Made by a program: the position numbers and the translations under genes
The notes under the pieces: model-generated
The model's input: only the letters and a program-made list of their open reading frames with translations
What the model was told of the DNA's origin: nothing
Databases searched by the model: none
Shown here: piece after piece, positions 1 to 9,521 of the stretch
Layout of the letters: every line of letters starts with the position of its first letter
Numbering within the stretch: position 1 is the stretch's first letter
Source of the DNA: a virus
Taxonomy: Duplodnaviria; Heunggongvirae; Uroviricota; Caudoviricetes
IMG/VR virus record: IMGVR_UViG_2657244986_000010
Span: 1-20,239 of that record
Length of the DNA stretch: 20,239 nt
Strand: one strand, 5' to 3'

Positions 1-144
1 ATGATAGCGATAATTTTACTCATCATCCTTCACATCTGGCTCTGTAGACAGGGTGGTGATCACTTCTGGAGTGAATCCAGATTAAACATCTCATTGCTGA
101 TGCTTGATATTGAGCATCTGGCGCGCGGTAAGGGGCTGCGTTGA
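1..144 (+). other. Possible small ORF or C-terminal fragment of an upstream gene (47 codons, hydrophobic N-terminus)
   Basis: Frame-1 translation from position 1 gives MIAIILLIILHIWLCRQGGDHFWSESRLNISLLMLDIEHLARGKGLR-stop. It may continue from a gene beginning upstream of the window, possibly lysis-related. No Shine-Dalgarno can be assessed. Confidence 0.2.
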
Positions 145-383
145 GATAAGAGCCAGTTCATTACAAAGCCTATCTACTGGTGGGCTTGATAATGAAACCG
201 GAATTTATTCTGGGTAACCAGTTACGGCAGTACAGCGAAACAACCCAAGCCAGTAAGTGGGGAAATAACACTGGCAGCCACTGAAAGATGAACCTCCTGC
301 CTTATGGCAAAAAAAGATTCTTTGTGGTGGCGGACTGATGGAAAGACATCCTAATCAAGCAACCACTCCACAGGGTCATAATT

Positions 384-764
384 ATGAACGACCAGCAAAT
401 CGAAAAAGAAATCGTTGAGAAAGGCAAAACCGCTCCGAGAATCACTCCGCAGCACATCGAAGACGTGATTAAAAGCGAGCATTACTTTACTGCTTATGAT
501 GGACGTAATGGTGCCATTTCCAGCAACGAATATTGTGGCAGGGAAAAACCAGAAGAAGGCGATCGTGATTTATCACCATTGAAGTTGCTCACTTTCTGCG
601 TACTGGTGCTGAAGAATGGCTTCACCGTCACCGGAGAGAGTGCCTGTGCAAGCCCGGAAAACTTTGATGCAGAAATTGGTCGGAAGATTGCCCGGCAAAA
701 TGCTGTAAACAAAATCTGGATGCTCGAAGGTTACTTGCTGAAGCAGAAGCTAAGCGAACAGTAG
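384..764 (+). CDS. Gp49-like phage protein (N4 Gp49 / Sf6 gene 66 family), function unknown
   Basis: 126 aa ORF sitting just upstream of the packaging genes, where P22-like phages carry small accessory genes. Family assignment is from recall of the conserved pattern, not a search. Confidence 0.55.
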   Translation: MNDQQIEKEIVEKGKTAPRITPQHIEDVIKSEHYFTAYDGRNGAISSNEYCGREKPEEGDRDLSPLKLLTFCVLVLKNGFTVTGESACASPENFDAEIGRKIARQNAVNKIWMLEGYLLKQKLSEQ

Positions 765-867
765 TTATTACAAAAGCCATTCCCCACAGAGTGGCTTTGA
801 TAATGGCTTATACCCTACACGGGATAACTTAACTGATATCCCTTTTAACGGATAAACGGAGCCAACA

Positions 868-1110
868 ATGGCAGAGATTATTCCCATGACTGAAGAACAG
901 AAATTCCAGTTAGAGATTTACAAACTGGTCATGAACCAGAACGCAGCCGCAGAAGAAGCATTTCAATTCATTGGCACTGACGAGCTGAAGCTTGAGCTAT
1001 TCAAAATTCACTTCCAGTCAGGTGGCGCTAATTCAGATATCACGACCCGCACTATCGAAGCGGTGCGTAAATCGAAGGAAGCGTTAGACCTGTTCACTAC
1101 CGGAGCATAA
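868..1110 (+). CDS. Hypothetical small phage protein (80 aa)
   Basis: ORF with a GGAG Shine-Dalgarno 7-8 nt upstream of the ATG; stop lies 2 nt before the small terminase start. No recognisable motif. Confidence 0.5.
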   Translation: MAEIIPMTEEQKFQLEIYKLVMNQNAAAEEAFQFIGTDELKLELFKIHFQSGGANSDITTRTIEAVRKSKEALDLFTTGA

Positions 1111-1112
1111 AC

Positions 1113-1553
1113 ATGGCACGCCCAACAAAGTATCAAGAGGCGTATGCCGAACAGGCACGCAAACTGTGCTTGCTGGGCTACACCGATGCAGAACTTGCTG
1201 ATTTCTTTGAAGTCAGTGAGTCAACTATTAACAAGTGGAAGCTTGATTATCCTAAGTTTTCGGAGTCCATAAAAAAGGGTAAGGCCGTCGCTGATGCAGA
1301 AGTTAGTGATCGTCTTTATCAACGAGCTATGGGCTTCGTGGCTCCAGACATCGATATTCGTGTTATTGAAAACAGAATTGTCGAAACTCCGCTTGAGAAG
1401 TATTACCCGCCTGATACAACCGCTGCCATCTTCTGGCTTAAGAACCGACAGAAGGATAAATGGCGCGACAAGGTTGATCACGAGCTAACAGGCAAAGACG
1501 GCGGCGCAATCCAGATTGAAACATCACCGATGAGCACTCTATTCGGAAAATGA
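1113..1553 (+). CDS. Terminase small subunit
   Basis: 146 aa ORF immediately upstream of the large terminase with an ATGA stop/start overlap. N-terminal helix-turn-helix-like segment (YTDAELADFFEVSESTINKWK). C-terminal tail (GKDGGAIQIETSPMSTLFGK) matches my recollection of the Sf6-type small terminase. Confidence 0.8.
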   Translation: MARPTKYQEAYAEQARKLCLLGYTDAELADFFEVSESTINKWKLDYPKFSESIKKGKAVADAEVSDRLYQRAMGFVAPDIDIRVIENRIVETPLEKYYPPDTTAAIFWLKNRQKDKWRDKVDHELTGKDGGAIQIETSPMSTLFGK

Positions 1554-2965
1554 CCTCGATTAATCCTATCTTTGAACCGTTCATTGAGGCGCATCGCTAC
1601 AAAGTCGCCAAAGGCGGTCGAGGTAGCGGTAAATCATGGGCAATTGCGAGACTGCTTGTTGAAGCGGCGCGTCGGCAGCCAGTGCGTATTCTCTGTGCTC
1701 GTGAACTGCAAAACAGTATCAGCGATTCGGTAATCCGGTTGCTTGAAGACACCATAGAGCGGGAAGGGTATTCGGCTGAGTTTGAAATTCAGCGTTCAAT
1801 GATTCGTCATCTCGGAACGAATGCTGAATTCATGTTCTACGGCATCAAAAACAACCCGACGAAGATTAAATCGCTAGAAGGCATTGATATCTGCTGGGTG
1901 GAGGAAGCGGAAGCGGTAACGAAGGAATCATGGGATATCCTGATACCAACCATCCGCAAGCCATTTTCCGAAATATGGGTGAGCTTTAACCCGAAAAACA
2001 TCCTCGACGATACCTATCAGCGATTCGTCGTAAATCCTCCAGATGATATTTGTCTGCTGACGGTGAACTACACCGACAACCCGCACTTTCCTGAAGTTCT
2101 CCGTCTGGAGATGGAAGAGTGTAAACGCAGAAATCCGACACTGTATCGTCACATCTGGCTTGGTGAGCCAGTAAGCGCAAGTGATATGGCAATCATCAAA
2201 CGTGAATGGCTTGAAGCCGCAACCGATGCGCACAAGAAACTAGGATGGAAAGCGAAAGGCGCTGTTGTTTCTGCACATGACCCGTCAGATACAGGGCCGG
2301 ATGCTAAAGGTTATGCATCGCGTCACGGTTCGGTAGTTAAGCGCATTGCCGAAGGTCTGCTGATGGACATCAACGAGGGGGCTGACTGGGCTACTTCGCT
2401 GGCGATTGAAGACGGTGCTGACCACTACTTGTGGGATGGTGATGGTGTCGGTGCAGGGCTACGCAGACAGACAACGGAAGCGTTCTCCGGTAAGAAAATC
2501 ACCGCCACGATGTTCAAGGGCAGCGAATCGCCATTTGATGAAGATGCACCATATCAGGCTGGAGCATGGGCTGATGAAGTCGTGCAGGGCGACAACGTTC
2601 GCACTATTGGCGATGTGTTCCGCAATAAGCGAGCGCAATTCTATTACGCGCTGGCTGACAGGTTGTATCTGACATATCGGGCGGTTGTCCACGGTGAGTA
2701 TGCAGACCCCGACGACATGCTGAGCTTCGACAAAGAAGCGATAGGCGAGAAGATGCTGGAGAAGCTGTTTGCAGAACTGACGCAGATTCAGCGCAAATTC
2801 AATAACAACGGGAAGCTGGAGCTTATGACTAAGGTCGAAATGAAGCAGAAGCTCGGTATTCCATCTCCTAACCTGGCTGATGCGCTGATGATGTGTATGC
2901 ATTGCCCGGAGTCGGCTGCGCAACCCGACTATTCCAGTTACTCAATTCCTTGTGGTGTAGGTTGA
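1550..2965 (+). CDS. Terminase large subunit (ATPase/nuclease)
   Basis: 471 aa. Walker A P-loop KGGRGSGKS near the N-terminus, acidic Walker B-like CWVEEAE, and position between small terminase and portal. Strongly resembles Sf6/P22-type large terminase. Confidence 0.93.
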   Translation: MTSINPIFEPFIEAHRYKVAKGGRGSGKSWAIARLLVEAARRQPVRILCARELQNSISDSVIRLLEDTIEREGYSAEFEIQRSMIRHLGTNAEFMFYGIKNNPTKIKSLEGIDICWVEEAEAVTKESWDILIPTIRKPFSEIWVSFNPKNILDDTYQRFVVNPPDDICLLTVNYTDNPHFPEVLRLEMEECKRRNPTLYRHIWLGEPVSASDMAIIKREWLEAATDAHKKLGWKAKGAVVSAHDPSDTGPDAKGYASRHGSVVKRIAEGLLMDINEGADWATSLAIEDGADHYLWDGDGVGAGLRRQTTEAFSGKKITATMFKGSESPFDEDAPYQAGAWADEVVQGDNVRTIGDVFRNKRAQFYYALADRLYLTYRAVVHGEYADPDDMLSFDKEAIGEKMLEKLFAELTQIQRKFNNNGKLELMTKVEMKQKLGIPSPNLADALMMCMHCPESAAQPDYSSYSIPCGVG

Positions 2966-2966
2966 T

Positions 2967-5165
2967 ATGGCAGAAAAAAAGATGACTGACTGGCATCGCA
3001 AGGTGCTGTGCAACTTTGATAATGCCTGGTCAGCAACGCAGGATATGCGTGAGCAGATTATTGAGGCTCAACGTTTCGTCCGGGTATCCGGCGCACAGTG
3101 GGAAGGCAGCACAAACGCTGGTTACTCATTTGATGAAGGCAGGTTTGAGCATTACCCGCGCTTTGAACTGAATAAGATTGCCCGTGAATGTGATCGCATC
3201 ATTGGCGAGTATCGACAGAATCGCATCAGCGTTAAATTCAGGCCGAAGGATGACAAGGCATCGGAAGCGTTAGCCGAAAAGATGAACGGCAAATTCCGCG
3301 CTGACTATCAGGAAACATCAGGTGGCGAAGCGTGTGATAACGCATTTGATGATGCTGTAACGGGCGGATTCGGTTGTTTCCGCATGTGTGCCGATTACGA
3401 AGATGAAATGGACCCAAGTAACGAGCAGCGACGCATCAGCCTTCTTCCTGTTTACGACCCGGCGACATGCGTCTTCTTCGATCAGGACAGCAAACAATAT
3501 GACCGCTCTGATGCTATGTGGGCTATGGAAATGTTCTCCATGACGCCTAAAGCGTTCGAGGCTGAATACCCTGATTCCATTGCGGCAAGCCTTTCGCGGG
3601 ATGGCACTGGTACTCAGTATGACTGGTCAACGCCTGACGCCATCTATGTTGGACGTTACTACGAAGTTCGCATAGAGAAGGTGAAGCTCACGGCGTGGCG
3701 CAACCCTGTTAGCGGAGAAACGGCAATCTATGATGAAGAGCAAATCAAAGATATTGTCGACGAGCTGACCGATGGTGCATTCGAACTGATTGGCGAGCGA
3801 ACGGTGAAGAAGCGCCGCGTTTATTGCGGTCTTCTGTCTGGCGCTGAATGGCTGGAAGAACCGAAGCGTATTCCGGGTGAACATATTCCTCTCATCCCGG
3901 TATATGGGCGTCGCTCATTTGTTGATAATCAGGAGCGAATCGAAGGCCACGCAGCAAAAGCGATGGATGCACAGCGTCTTGAGAACCTGATGGTTTCCAT
4001 GATTGCAGATAACGCTACTCAGGCTGGCGGTGATGGCATTCCTGTAGTTGATGTTGACATGATTCCTGGTCCTCTCGCCACTCATTGGGCGGAGCGCAAC
4101 AAAAAGCGCCCGGCGTTCCTGCCGATGGTCAGTCTGAAAAACAAAAACGGAGATATTACTGCGCAGGCTCAGGTCAGCAGTTATACGCCTCCGACACAAA
4201 TGCCTCCAGCTCTTGCCGGGCTATTGCAGTACACCGGAACGGCTATTCAGCAAATTACAGGTGCGTCGCAGCTTGAGAACATGCCGAGCAACGTCGCTAC
4301 TGATACCGTTGATAGCATTTTTAACCGGATGGACACGCAGTCCTATATCTACATGGACAACATGGCTAAATCTATGCGTCGCGCTGGCGTTGTGTGGCTT
4401 TCTATGGCGCGTGAAGTCTATGGCAGCGATACGCCGATGCGTATCGTTAATGAGGACGGCAGCGATGACGTGGCGCTGATGACTGGTGAAGTGGTTGACC
4501 GTCAGACAGGGCAGGTTATCGCGCTTAACGACCTTTCGCAGGGTAACTATGAAGTGACTGTCGATGTCGGTCAGTCGTTCGCTACTCGCCGTGATGCAAC
4601 GGTTAAGTCGTTACTTTCCATGCTGGCACTTATCCCACCAGGAACGCCGAAGCACGACCTTGTATCGTCGATGATTCTCGACAATATGGACGGCGAAGGG
4701 ATGGACGACCTGAAAGAATACAACCGCAATCAGTTGCTTCTGTCTGGAGTTATCAAGCCGAGAACGCCAGAAGAACAGCAGATGGTTGAGCAGGCGAAAC
4801 AACAACAGGCCAGTCAGCCAGATCCGGCTATGGTTGCTGCGCAAGGTCAGCTTCTTGCTGGTCAGGCTGAATTGCAGAAAGCGCAGAACGAGCAGGCAGC
4901 CATTCAGGTTAAAGCATTCCAGGCACAGACTGATGCTCAGGTTGCAGCGGCAAACGTTGTGAAAATCCTCGCATCTGCTGATAGCCAGCAGAAATCTGAT
5001 ATCCGCGAGGCTCTGAAACTGCTCGGACAGTTCCAGCAACAGCAAGGAGACAATGCCCGTGCTGATGCAGAGCTTGTCCTGAAAAGTCAGGCACAGGGCC
5101 ATGCGCTGCGCATGGACATCAGCAGCATCCTGCAAAAATCAACTCAGCAACAACCACAGCAGTAA
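2967..5165 (+). CDS. Portal protein (P22 gp1-like)
   Basis: 732 aa. C-terminal Gln/Ala-rich helical segment (DPAMVAAQGQLLAGQAELQKAQNEQ...) matches the P22 portal barrel region as I recall it. Starts 1 nt after the large terminase stop. Confidence 0.92.
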   Translation: MAEKKMTDWHRKVLCNFDNAWSATQDMREQIIEAQRFVRVSGAQWEGSTNAGYSFDEGRFEHYPRFELNKIARECDRIIGEYRQNRISVKFRPKDDKASEALAEKMNGKFRADYQETSGGEACDNAFDDAVTGGFGCFRMCADYEDEMDPSNEQRRISLLPVYDPATCVFFDQDSKQYDRSDAMWAMEMFSMTPKAFEAEYPDSIAASLSRDGTGTQYDWSTPDAIYVGRYYEVRIEKVKLTAWRNPVSGETAIYDEEQIKDIVDELTDGAFELIGERTVKKRRVYCGLLSGAEWLEEPKRIPGEHIPLIPVYGRRSFVDNQERIEGHAAKAMDAQRLENLMVSMIADNATQAGGDGIPVVDVDMIPGPLATHWAERNKKRPAFLPMVSLKNKNGDITAQAQVSSYTPPTQMPPALAGLLQYTGTAIQQITGASQLENMPSNVATDTVDSIFNRMDTQSYIYMDNMAKSMRRAGVVWLSMAREVYGSDTPMRIVNEDGSDDVALMTGEVVDRQTGQVIALNDLSQGNYEVTVDVGQSFATRRDATVKSLLSMLALIPPGTPKHDLVSSMILDNMDGEGMDDLKEYNRNQLLLSGVIKPRTPEEQQMVEQAKQQQASQPDPAMVAAQGQLLAGQAELQKAQNEQAAIQVKAFQAQTDAQVAAANVVKILASADSQQKSDIREALKLLGQFQQQQGDNARADAELVLKSQAQGHALRMDISSILQKSTQQQPQQ

Positions 5166-5255
5166 TTAACCCATAACGTGCAATGGCTGTCTTTATGAGG
5201 CCTGGCACCCTATTGCCTTCCGATGGGCTGAACATCGAGTAAACAGGGGTAACAA

Positions 5256-6149
5256 ATGGACCAGATGGCAGAAAACACACCAGAAGTTGAAATCGAAACC
5301 GACGCGTCAGAGCAGATTCCTGATGATGTCGAACTGGCTGAAGAAGTCGAAACAGAAGATGGCAGTGAGTCATCCGGCAATGATGTAGAGGAAGCTACTG
5401 AAACTGATGACGACGAATCAGAACAGGAATTCTACTTTGGTGACGAAAAGTTGGATTCGCCAACCAGCGAAGATGGCGCAGAGCATGGACTGGTAAAACA
5501 CCTGCGCAAGACGATTAAAGAGAAAGACCGTGAGCTGAAAGAGCTGATGCGTCAGTCTCAGAAACCCGTCGAGCAGCAGCCGGTAATCACTCAACCACCG
5601 CGAATGCCAAAACTGGATGATGAGGACATCGGTTTCGATGAAGAAATCTACCAGCAACGCATGGCTAAGTGGGCAGAGGATAACGGCAAGTACCAGCAAC
5701 AGGAGATGGCTCGCAAGCAGAAGGAGCAGGAGCTTCAGGCTGCCTATCAAGAGCGATTATCCAAATATCAGCAACGTGTTAAGGCTCTCAAAGTTCCTGG
5801 CTATCAGGAAGCTGAGCAGGCCGTACTCGAGGAAATCCCCATCGAGACACAAAACGCGATCTTGTTTGAGTCAGAGAAGCCGGAAATCGTTGTTCTGGCA
5901 CTCGGTCGCAACGCTGAACTGCGCAAGCAACTGGCAGAAGCTACCAACCCCGTAGCAATTGGTCGTCTGCTGGAACGTATCGAATCGAAGGCCAGAATCA
6001 TGCCAAAAGCAAAAACCACGGCAGCCACAACCCCGACAGTTAAGGGGAGCAACGGCGCAGTAATCAACAACCTCGACAAACTGAAAGCCAAGGCGCTGGA
6101 AACTGGTGACTGGACGCCGTATTTCGCCGCTAAAAAGGCAAAAAAATAA
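5256..6149 (+). CDS. Scaffolding protein (P22 gp8-like)
   Basis: 297 aa with a highly acidic N-terminus, a charged helical middle and a basic C-terminal coat-binding-like tail (KAKALETGDWTPYFAAKKAKK). Sits between portal and coat. Confidence 0.75.
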   Translation: MDQMAENTPEVEIETDASEQIPDDVELAEEVETEDGSESSGNDVEEATETDDDESEQEFYFGDEKLDSPTSEDGAEHGLVKHLRKTIKEKDRELKELMRQSQKPVEQQPVITQPPRMPKLDDEDIGFDEEIYQQRMAKWAEDNGKYQQQEMARKQKEQELQAAYQERLSKYQQRVKALKVPGYQEAEQAVLEEIPIETQNAILFESEKPEIVVLALGRNAELRKQLAEATNPVAIGRLLERIESKARIMPKAKTTAATTPTVKGSNGAVINNLDKLKAKALETGDWTPYFAAKKAKK

Positions 6150-6167
6150 CCTATCGGAGCATTAAGC

Positions 6168-7421
6168 ATGGCTAACCAATTAGCAAAAGACCTTGAAATC
6201 ATGTTCGAAAACTACGTTGAAGGCTTTGAGGCCGCCTGCGTAGTTTCCCGTAACGCTAAAAAATTCCGTCCCGGTGATACAGCAATGCAGCGAGCAGGTG
6301 ATGTTCTGTATCGTCCGCAGCATTACCACATGAACATTGAGGAAGGCCTAGACCTCAGCGGCAAAACGCCAACAGCACTGGTTCAGCGCCTTGTTCCTTC
6401 TGTGTTCAAGGAGCCGAAAAACATTCTGTACACTCTGGATGCGCGTGAAATGCGTGACCCGGAACATAAAACTGAAGCTGGTCGCGCCGCAGGTATGCGC
6501 CTTGCTGCACAGATTGACTCTGACCTGATTTCCATGGTTACGCAGCGTGCTACTAACGTGATCACGATGGCTGACTCAACCACAGGTTCACAGGGCCGTG
6601 ATTTGTGGAATTGTGCGGCAGGTATTGATGCCACCATGACGGCGATTGGTGTACCTCAGGGTATCAACCGTCGCTCTTTCTGGAACCCCTTCAACTACAA
6701 AGACCTTGCTGGCGAGCTTGGTCACCGTGCCTATGCTCAGGGCGCAACCCTGACAGCATACGAAAAAGCGCAAATCCCTCCGGTTGCGTCCTTCGATAGC
6801 TACAAGACCGATATTTCTGGTCGTGTTCCGAAGGGTACAGCAACTTCCATTACGCTGGCAGCAGCACCTGCGCACAAGGTTGAAGCGAAAGATGCTAACG
6901 ATATGCCAGTGGATAACCGACAGGGGACCATTACGGTATCTGCTGAAGGTTTGCAGGTTGGCGATGCGTTTACCATCGCAGGGGTGAATTCTGTACACCA
7001 GATCACCAAAGATACCACCGGGCAGCCGCAGGTATTCCGCGTTCTGGCAGTAAGCGGAACGACAGTAACTATCTCCCCGAAAATTCTGCCGCCTGACAAC
7101 GCGGATGTCGCCAGCCGACCATATGCAAACGTTGATGCTAATGCGGCAAGTAGCGCAGCAATCACCATTCTCAACAAAAATGCCGCACCGGCTAACCTGT
7201 TCTGGGCTGATGGTTCTGTTGAACTGATGTACGGCAAGCTGGCGTTCCCAACTGGTCAGGGTCCACAGGTAATGACAGCAACCACCGAGCAGGGCGCTAC
7301 GCTGATCATGTCTTACGCCTTCGACCACATCAAAGGTGTAACCACTGCGCGTTTCACCACCCTGTACGGTTGCTCTGTACTTGTTCCTGAATATACGGGC
7401 ATCGTTATTGCCGGGCAGTAA
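6168..7421 (+). CDS. Major capsid (coat) protein (P22 gp5-like)
   Basis: 417 aa with a GGAG Shine-Dalgarno upstream. Position after the scaffold gene and motifs such as PYANV and NLFWADGS resemble P22/Sf6 coat. Followed directly by a terminator-like hairpin. Confidence 0.85.
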   Translation: MANQLAKDLEIMFENYVEGFEAACVVSRNAKKFRPGDTAMQRAGDVLYRPQHYHMNIEEGLDLSGKTPTALVQRLVPSVFKEPKNILYTLDAREMRDPEHKTEAGRAAGMRLAAQIDSDLISMVTQRATNVITMADSTTGSQGRDLWNCAAGIDATMTAIGVPQGINRRSFWNPFNYKDLAGELGHRAYAQGATLTAYEKAQIPPVASFDSYKTDISGRVPKGTATSITLAAAPAHKVEAKDANDMPVDNRQGTITVSAEGLQVGDAFTIAGVNSVHQITKDTTGQPQVFRVLAVSGTTVTISPKILPPDNADVASRPYANVDANAASSAAITILNKNAAPANLFWADGSVELMYGKLAFPTGQGPQVMTATTEQGATLIMSYAFDHIKGVTTARFTTLYGCSVLVPEYTGIVIAGQ

Positions 7422-7428
7422 TTTTGGT

Positions 7429-7450
7429 GGGGCTTCGGCCCCATTTTTAT
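7429..7450 (+). terminator. Putative intrinsic terminator or attenuator downstream of the coat gene
   Basis: GGGGC-TTCG-GCCCC hairpin (5 bp GC stem, UUCG-type tetraloop) followed by ATTTTTAT, starting 8 nt after the coat stop codon. Confidence 0.5.
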
Positions 7451-7462
7451 TGGGAGAAGACA

Positions 7463-7651
7463 ATGGCACGAACAATGCTCTATAAGCCTGGCAACATGAT
7501 CACCTGTGGTCAGTTTGCTGTCGATTACATCATTGTTGATGACGAAGAAGTTAAATCTCACCTGAAAAAAGGCTGGGTAAAAACTCCTGAAGAAACCGCA
7601 ACGAAGCATAAAGTGGCTAAGGCGGAAGAAGATGGCGAAAACGAAGGGTGA
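7463..7651 (+). CDS. Hypothetical small protein between coat and gp4-like genes (62 aa from the ATG at 7463)
   Basis: ORF track gives 7424..7651, but the ATG at 7463 has a GGGAGAAG Shine-Dalgarno 3 nt upstream and lies after the terminator hairpin. The 3' end overlaps the next gene by 20 nt. Confidence 0.45.
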   Translation: MARTMLYKPGNMITCGQFAVDYIIVDDEEVKSHLKKGWVKTPEETATKHKVAKAEEDGENEG

Positions 7652-8093
7652 TCTCGTTCTTAAGGCTTTACGAAAAGCCGGGCTGTATTCCAATGCCACG
7701 TTGACAGATGCTGACCCTCAGGCAATTGAAGATGCCATTAATGACCTCGAAGACATGATGGCAGCATGGCAGGCTAAAGGTATCGAGCTTGGATATCAGT
7801 TTGCTGATACAGAAAACGGCATCATGCCGTTACCTGACGATGATTCAGGTATCCCTGCATGGGCAAATGATGGCGTCGCTTTGAAACTCGCTGTGCAAGT
7901 GTGCATGGATAACGTCATTCAGCCGTCAGACGCTCTCCTTACCACTGCTGACAGTGCATATCAGACAATCTGTATCGCTTTAACCAAAATACCACCACTT
8001 GAGCGGCGAAATGACATGCCTCGCGGTAGTGGTAACAAAAGCGCGTTTACGTGGAATCGGTTTTACATCGAGAAAGATGATCCGAGTACGTGA
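7632..8093 (+). CDS. Head completion / tail accessory protein (P22 gp4-like)
   Basis: 153 aa, in the position and size range of P22 gp4 between coat and gp10-like genes. Confidence 0.65.
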   Translation: MAKTKGDLVLKALRKAGLYSNATLTDADPQAIEDAINDLEDMMAAWQAKGIELGYQFADTENGIMPLPDDDSGIPAWANDGVALKLAVQVCMDNVIQPSDALLTTADSAYQTICIALTKIPPLERRNDMPRGSGNKSAFTWNRFYIEKDDPST

Positions 8094-8102
8094 GGTGAAT
8101 AA

Positions 8103-9521
8103 ATGCCGATTCAGCAACTTCCGCTTATGAAAGGCGTCGGCAAAGACTTTCGAAACGCCGACTATATCGACTATCTGCCAGTGAATATGTTGGCTACACC
8201 CAAAGAAATCCTGAACAGCAGCGGATATCTTCGCTCATTCCCGGGCATTGCCAAACGTTCTGATGTGAACGGTGTATCTCGCGGCGTCGAGTACAACATG
8301 GCGCAGAATGCTGTTTATCGCGTGTGTGGTGGCAAGTTGTATAAGGGCGAAAGCGAAGTCGGTGACGTCGCTGGAAGTGGTCGCGTATCAATGGCGCATG
8401 GTCGAACATCTCAGGCTGTAGGCGTTAATGGTCAACTGGTCGAGTATCGCTATGATGGTACGGTTAAAACCGTCTCAAACTGGCCTACAGACAGCGGATT
8501 CACACAGTACGAGTTAGGTTCAGTTCGTGACATTACGCGCTTACGTGGGCGTTATGCGTGGTCAAAAGACGGTACTGATTCATGGTTTATCACTGACCTT
8601 GAAGACGAATCGCACCCTGACCGCTACAGCGCACAATATCGTGCCGAGTCTCAGCCGGACGGCATCATCGGCATCGGAACATGGCGAGACTTCATCGTCT
8701 GCTTTGGTTCATCGACGATTGAATATTTTTCCCTGACAGGATCAACTACCGTTGGTGCCGCTTTGTATGTCGCACAGCCATCACTGATGGTGCAAAAAGG
8801 CATCGCCGGGACTTACTGCAAAACGTCATTCGCTGATTCTTATGCGTTCATCAGCAATCCGGCAACAGGTGCTCCGTCTGTATACATCATCGGCTCCGGT
8901 CAGGTATCACCAATCGCCAGCGCGAGCATTGAGAAAATTCTCCGCTCCTACACTGCTAATGAACTGGCTGATGGTGTGATGGAGTCTCTGCGATTTGATG
9001 CGCATGAGCTGCTGATTATCCATCTTCCGCGCCATGTTCTCGTGTACGACGCATCTTCAAGCGCCAATGGTCCGCAATGGTGTGTGCTGAAAACGGGCCT
9101 GTATGACGATGTGTACCGCGCTATCGACTTCATTTACGAAGGCAATCAGATAACGTGCGGTGATAAGCTGGAGTCCGTGACCGGGAAATTGCAATTCGAC
9201 ATCAGCAGCCAGTACGACAAGCAACAGGAACACCTGCTGTTTACTCCACTGTTCAAAGCGGATAACGCCAGAGTGTTCGACCTTGAGGTTGAATCGTCAA
9301 CTGGCGTTGCGCAGTACGCCGACCGCCTTTTTCTCTCTGCAACCACTGACGGCATCAATTACGGGCGTGAGCAGATGATTGAGCAGAATGAACCGTTCGT
9401 TTACGACAAGCGTGTTTTGTGGAAGCGAGTAGGGCGCATCAGGAAAAACATTGGTTTCAAATTGCGCGTTATCACGAAGTCACCTGTCACTCTGTCTGGC
9501 GCTCAGATAAGGATTGAGTAA
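8103..9521 (+). CDS. Tail accessory protein (P22 gp10-like)
   Basis: 472 aa, the length I recall for P22 gp10, in the syntenic position. TAATG overlap with the tail needle gene. Confidence 0.75.
   Translation: MPIQQLPLMKGVGKDFRNADYIDYLPVNMLATPKEILNSSGYLRSFPGIAKRSDVNGVSRGVEYNMAQNAVYRVCGGKLYKGESEVGDVAGSGRVSMAHGRTSQAVGVNGQLVEYRYDGTVKTVSNWPTDSGFTQYELGSVRDITRLRGRYAWSKDGTDSWFITDLEDESHPDRYSAQYRAESQPDGIIGIGTWRDFIVCFGSSTIEYFSLTGSTTVGAALYVAQPSLMVQKGIAGTYCKTSFADSYAFISNPATGAPSVYIIGSGQVSPIASASIEKILRSYTANELADGVMESLRFDAHELLIIHLPRHVLVYDASSSANGPQWCVLKTGLYDDVYRAIDFIYEGNQITCGDKLESVTGKLQFDISSQYDKQQEHLLFTPLFKADNARVFDLEVESSTGVAQYADRLFLSATTDGINYGREQMIEQNEPFVYDKRVLWKRVGRIRKNIGFKLRVITKSPVTLSGAQIRIE

Noticed and set aside
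765-867. Hairpin AAAGCCA ... TGGCTTT after the Gp49-like gene as a terminator
   Set aside because: 12-nt loop and no following U-tract; more likely incidental.
2459-2923. 154-aa minus-strand ORF and 1928..2233 minus-strand ORF inside the large terminase
   Set aside because: Antisense to the large terminase; no independent support.
4611-5135. 174-aa minus-strand ORF and other antisense ORFs inside the portal gene (3627..3884, 3915..4199)
   Set aside because: Antisense to the portal coding sequence, with low-complexity Leu/Arg/Cys-rich translations.
7424-7462. ATG at 7424 as the start of the small ORF after the coat gene
   Set aside because: It would begin inside the terminator hairpin with no Shine-Dalgarno; the ATG at 7463 has a strong one.
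6588-7475. 295-aa minus-strand ORF, plus 6800..7237 and 6383..6637 minus-strand ORFs, overlapping the coat gene
   Set aside because: Fully antisense to a strongly supported coat gene; no ribosome binding site context; Cys/Arg-rich composition typical of antisense artefacts.
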